From contig NC_058368.1 in NCBI RefSeq assembly GCF_018350175.1, positions 90,396,001 to 90,460,000 of the forward strand: 64,000 nt of DNA. Direction: 5' to 3'. Origin of the DNA: Felis catus. Its lineage: Eukaryota. Under the pieces are notes generated by a model that did not search any database, had not been told where the DNA came from, and saw only the letters and a list, made by a program, of their open reading frames with translations. Position 1 is the stretch's first letter; every line of letters begins with the position of its first letter. The translations under genes and the position numbers were made by a program. Positions 61,773-64,000 of this stretch are shown piece by piece.

Positions 61773-63094
61773 ATAACTGAATCAACAGACTTTAACCAGA
61801 TATTACCTGTCCTTATGGTGAAAGAAACTCCAGGATTCTGTGTTGTGTTCACTGTCAAGGGCATTCAGTCTCCTTTAGCCTGGAAGAGTTCTTCAGTTCA
61901 CAGATCTTTGTCTTTCATGAGCACAGGCCAGTTATTTTGCAGAAGTCCACTGATTTAATTTTATCTGACATTTCAGCTGATTATAATCGATCATGTGCTT
62001 TGAGCAGGAAGAGCAGGGGAATGGCCCTGTGTTTTTCTTGATGCACGGTCAGGAGGTACGTGATATCAGTCTGTCCTGTTCCTGGAGATGGTTTTTTCTT
62101 TCAGAGACTTTAAGTAGTCTCTACACCCAACATGGGGCTTGAACTTACAACCCCAAGATCAAGAATTGCATGCTCTGCCGACTGAGCCTTGTTCCTGGAG
62201 ATGTTTTAGCCGTACTGTTAACATGGTGTCTGTTGGTTTCTCTACTGTAAAGTGAGATAGATCTGTAAGAACTCTCAGCACACTGACTCCATTCAAACCC
62301 CCTGCTTTGCATTAAGGGACTCTGCCCACATTCTGCTGTGGCTTCCAGCAGCCTAAGCCACTGAAATGACTCAGCCCTTTTGAGTGCCAGTCTGGAAAAG
62401 ATAAAGGCTGACAAAAGAATTCACCATTCATTCCAGCCAGAAGATGGGCTCCTGACCTGATTCTCTTTTTCCCTCTTTCTCTGCCCCTCCCCTGCTCGGG
62501 CTCTCTCGCTCTCTCTCTTTGTCTCCCTAAAATAATAATCAAAAAAGAAGTGCATCATTTTGACAATGACAGTGACCAACCCTCTTACCTGCTTCTTGTA
62601 ATGTTTCACGTCCCTGACTCTGCTGGAGTTCCCACTATGCTTTTACTTCCCTTACCTAAAGTCTGGCTTTGTTGATGTTTGACAAAAATAACTCTTTTTC
62701 CCATTGAAACTTATCTTTCTGGGTCATACTTTGAGGTTCTATAAAAAAAATTCCCTTACTCCTCAAACGTCCACCAACTGATTTTACAACAACCATTAGT
62801 GGCTCTTACCTGAATCACTTATTGTGATGGTAGCCAAATGATTCTCTAATTCCATCGTTCTTTTTACATTTAGTAGTGAAAAAGAGCTTCCCCTTCTCCA
62901 CTTATTTACTTACTTGAATCATCGTGAATTCATAAATTCTTAAATTAAAAATAAATTCTCAGGGCTCCTGGGTGGCTCAGTTGGTTGAACTTGATTTCGG
63001 CTCAGGTCATGACCTCACAGTTCATGCAGGCTCCAAGCTGATGGTGTGGAGCCTGTTTGTGATTCTCCTTGTTTCATTCTCTCTCTCCCCTTCT

Positions 63095-63137
<43 letters not shown>

Positions 63138-64000
63138 CCCCTCTCCCTCCCAAAATAGATAAATAAACTTAAAAAGAAAAGAAGGAAATGCTTAAAGGCA
63201 GATGGAGGCATGTCCAAAGGACACAGGAGCCAGTTTGAAGGGATACCCACCGGCCAAACCTGGACAGTATGGACATCAAAATACATAGTAACAAGGAATT
63301 ATAACCCATTGAGTAAAATAAGAATTTATTTTTTTTAAGTTTATTTATTTATTTTGAGACAGAGAGAGAAAGAACTCACACCTTGCTTGGTGACATAAGT
63401 CCCTTAGTCTGTAGCAGAACTTACTTTCCTTGAGATCTGCAGCCCACTGGCCTTGAGTAAAGGACCAGAGTTTCCCAGAAGATAAGGCCTGACTATATTT
63501 GAAAAACACCTGTCACTGATGCCAGTGAGTCTGTTCAGAGTCACGTGGCCTGGGCACCTGCTTCTCCTGCACAGAGCCCCACTCCCTTTTCCCAGGTTTT
63601 CCCCTTTCAAACCCTTTCAGCATGGGGCCTCCCGGGGTGGCTCAGTCAGTTGAGCCTCCCACTTCGGCTCAGGTCATGATCTCACGGCTCAAGAGTCCAG
63701 GTCCCACGTTGGGCTCACTGATGTCAATGCAAAGCCCGCTTCAGATCCTCTGTCCCTTTCTCTGTCCCTCCCCTACTTGCTCTCTTTCAAAAATGAATAA
63801 AACATTTAAAAAAAAAAAGTTTAAAAACCCTCCAGCTTTCTTTGGGCTGCTGGCTTCCTGAATAAACCCTTTCCTTTCCCGCCATAATTTGTCTCTAGGA
63901 TATTGATTTTCAAGCATCGAGCAGAACCTGAGTTCGGAACAGGTTCTCTGGCCAGTATCAATATTACATGGATACGAATTTAAATATCATAGCCAAGATT

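Overview
Mammalian genomic DNA from a carnivore, most likely a felid, judged by the many tRNA-derived Can-SINEs including CpG-intact SINEC_Fc-type copies. The window covers the conserved MRNIP-SQSTM1-MGAT4B-LTC4S cluster. MRNIP (+): last five coding exons, 37-12048. SQSTM1/p62 (-): complete, 8 exons, 24949 to 13445, 443 aa. MGAT4B (+): 38001-47131, 14 of 15 exons visible, exon 6 falls in an N-gap. LTC4S (-): complete, 5 exons, 51420 to 48698, 150 aa. The rest is SINE, L1, LTR/ERVL and DNA-transposon sequence, with 7 assembly gaps. Exons were delimited by hand from splice signals and reading phase; gene and repeat identities rest on recalled sequences, not database searches. I see no wholly new gene system. 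The best leads are regulatory: a 61-aa overlapping upstream ORF spliced across MGAT4B exons 1-2; three GC-AG introns, one followed by an in-frame stop inside an AATAAA and a CTCF-like motif; an AC instead of AG at an MRNIP acceptor, with an in-frame rescue site; a miR-1229-like mirtron; a probable antisense overlap of the SQSTM1 3'UTR with MRNIP, carrying young SINEs; and three NRF2 AREs upstream of SQSTM1.
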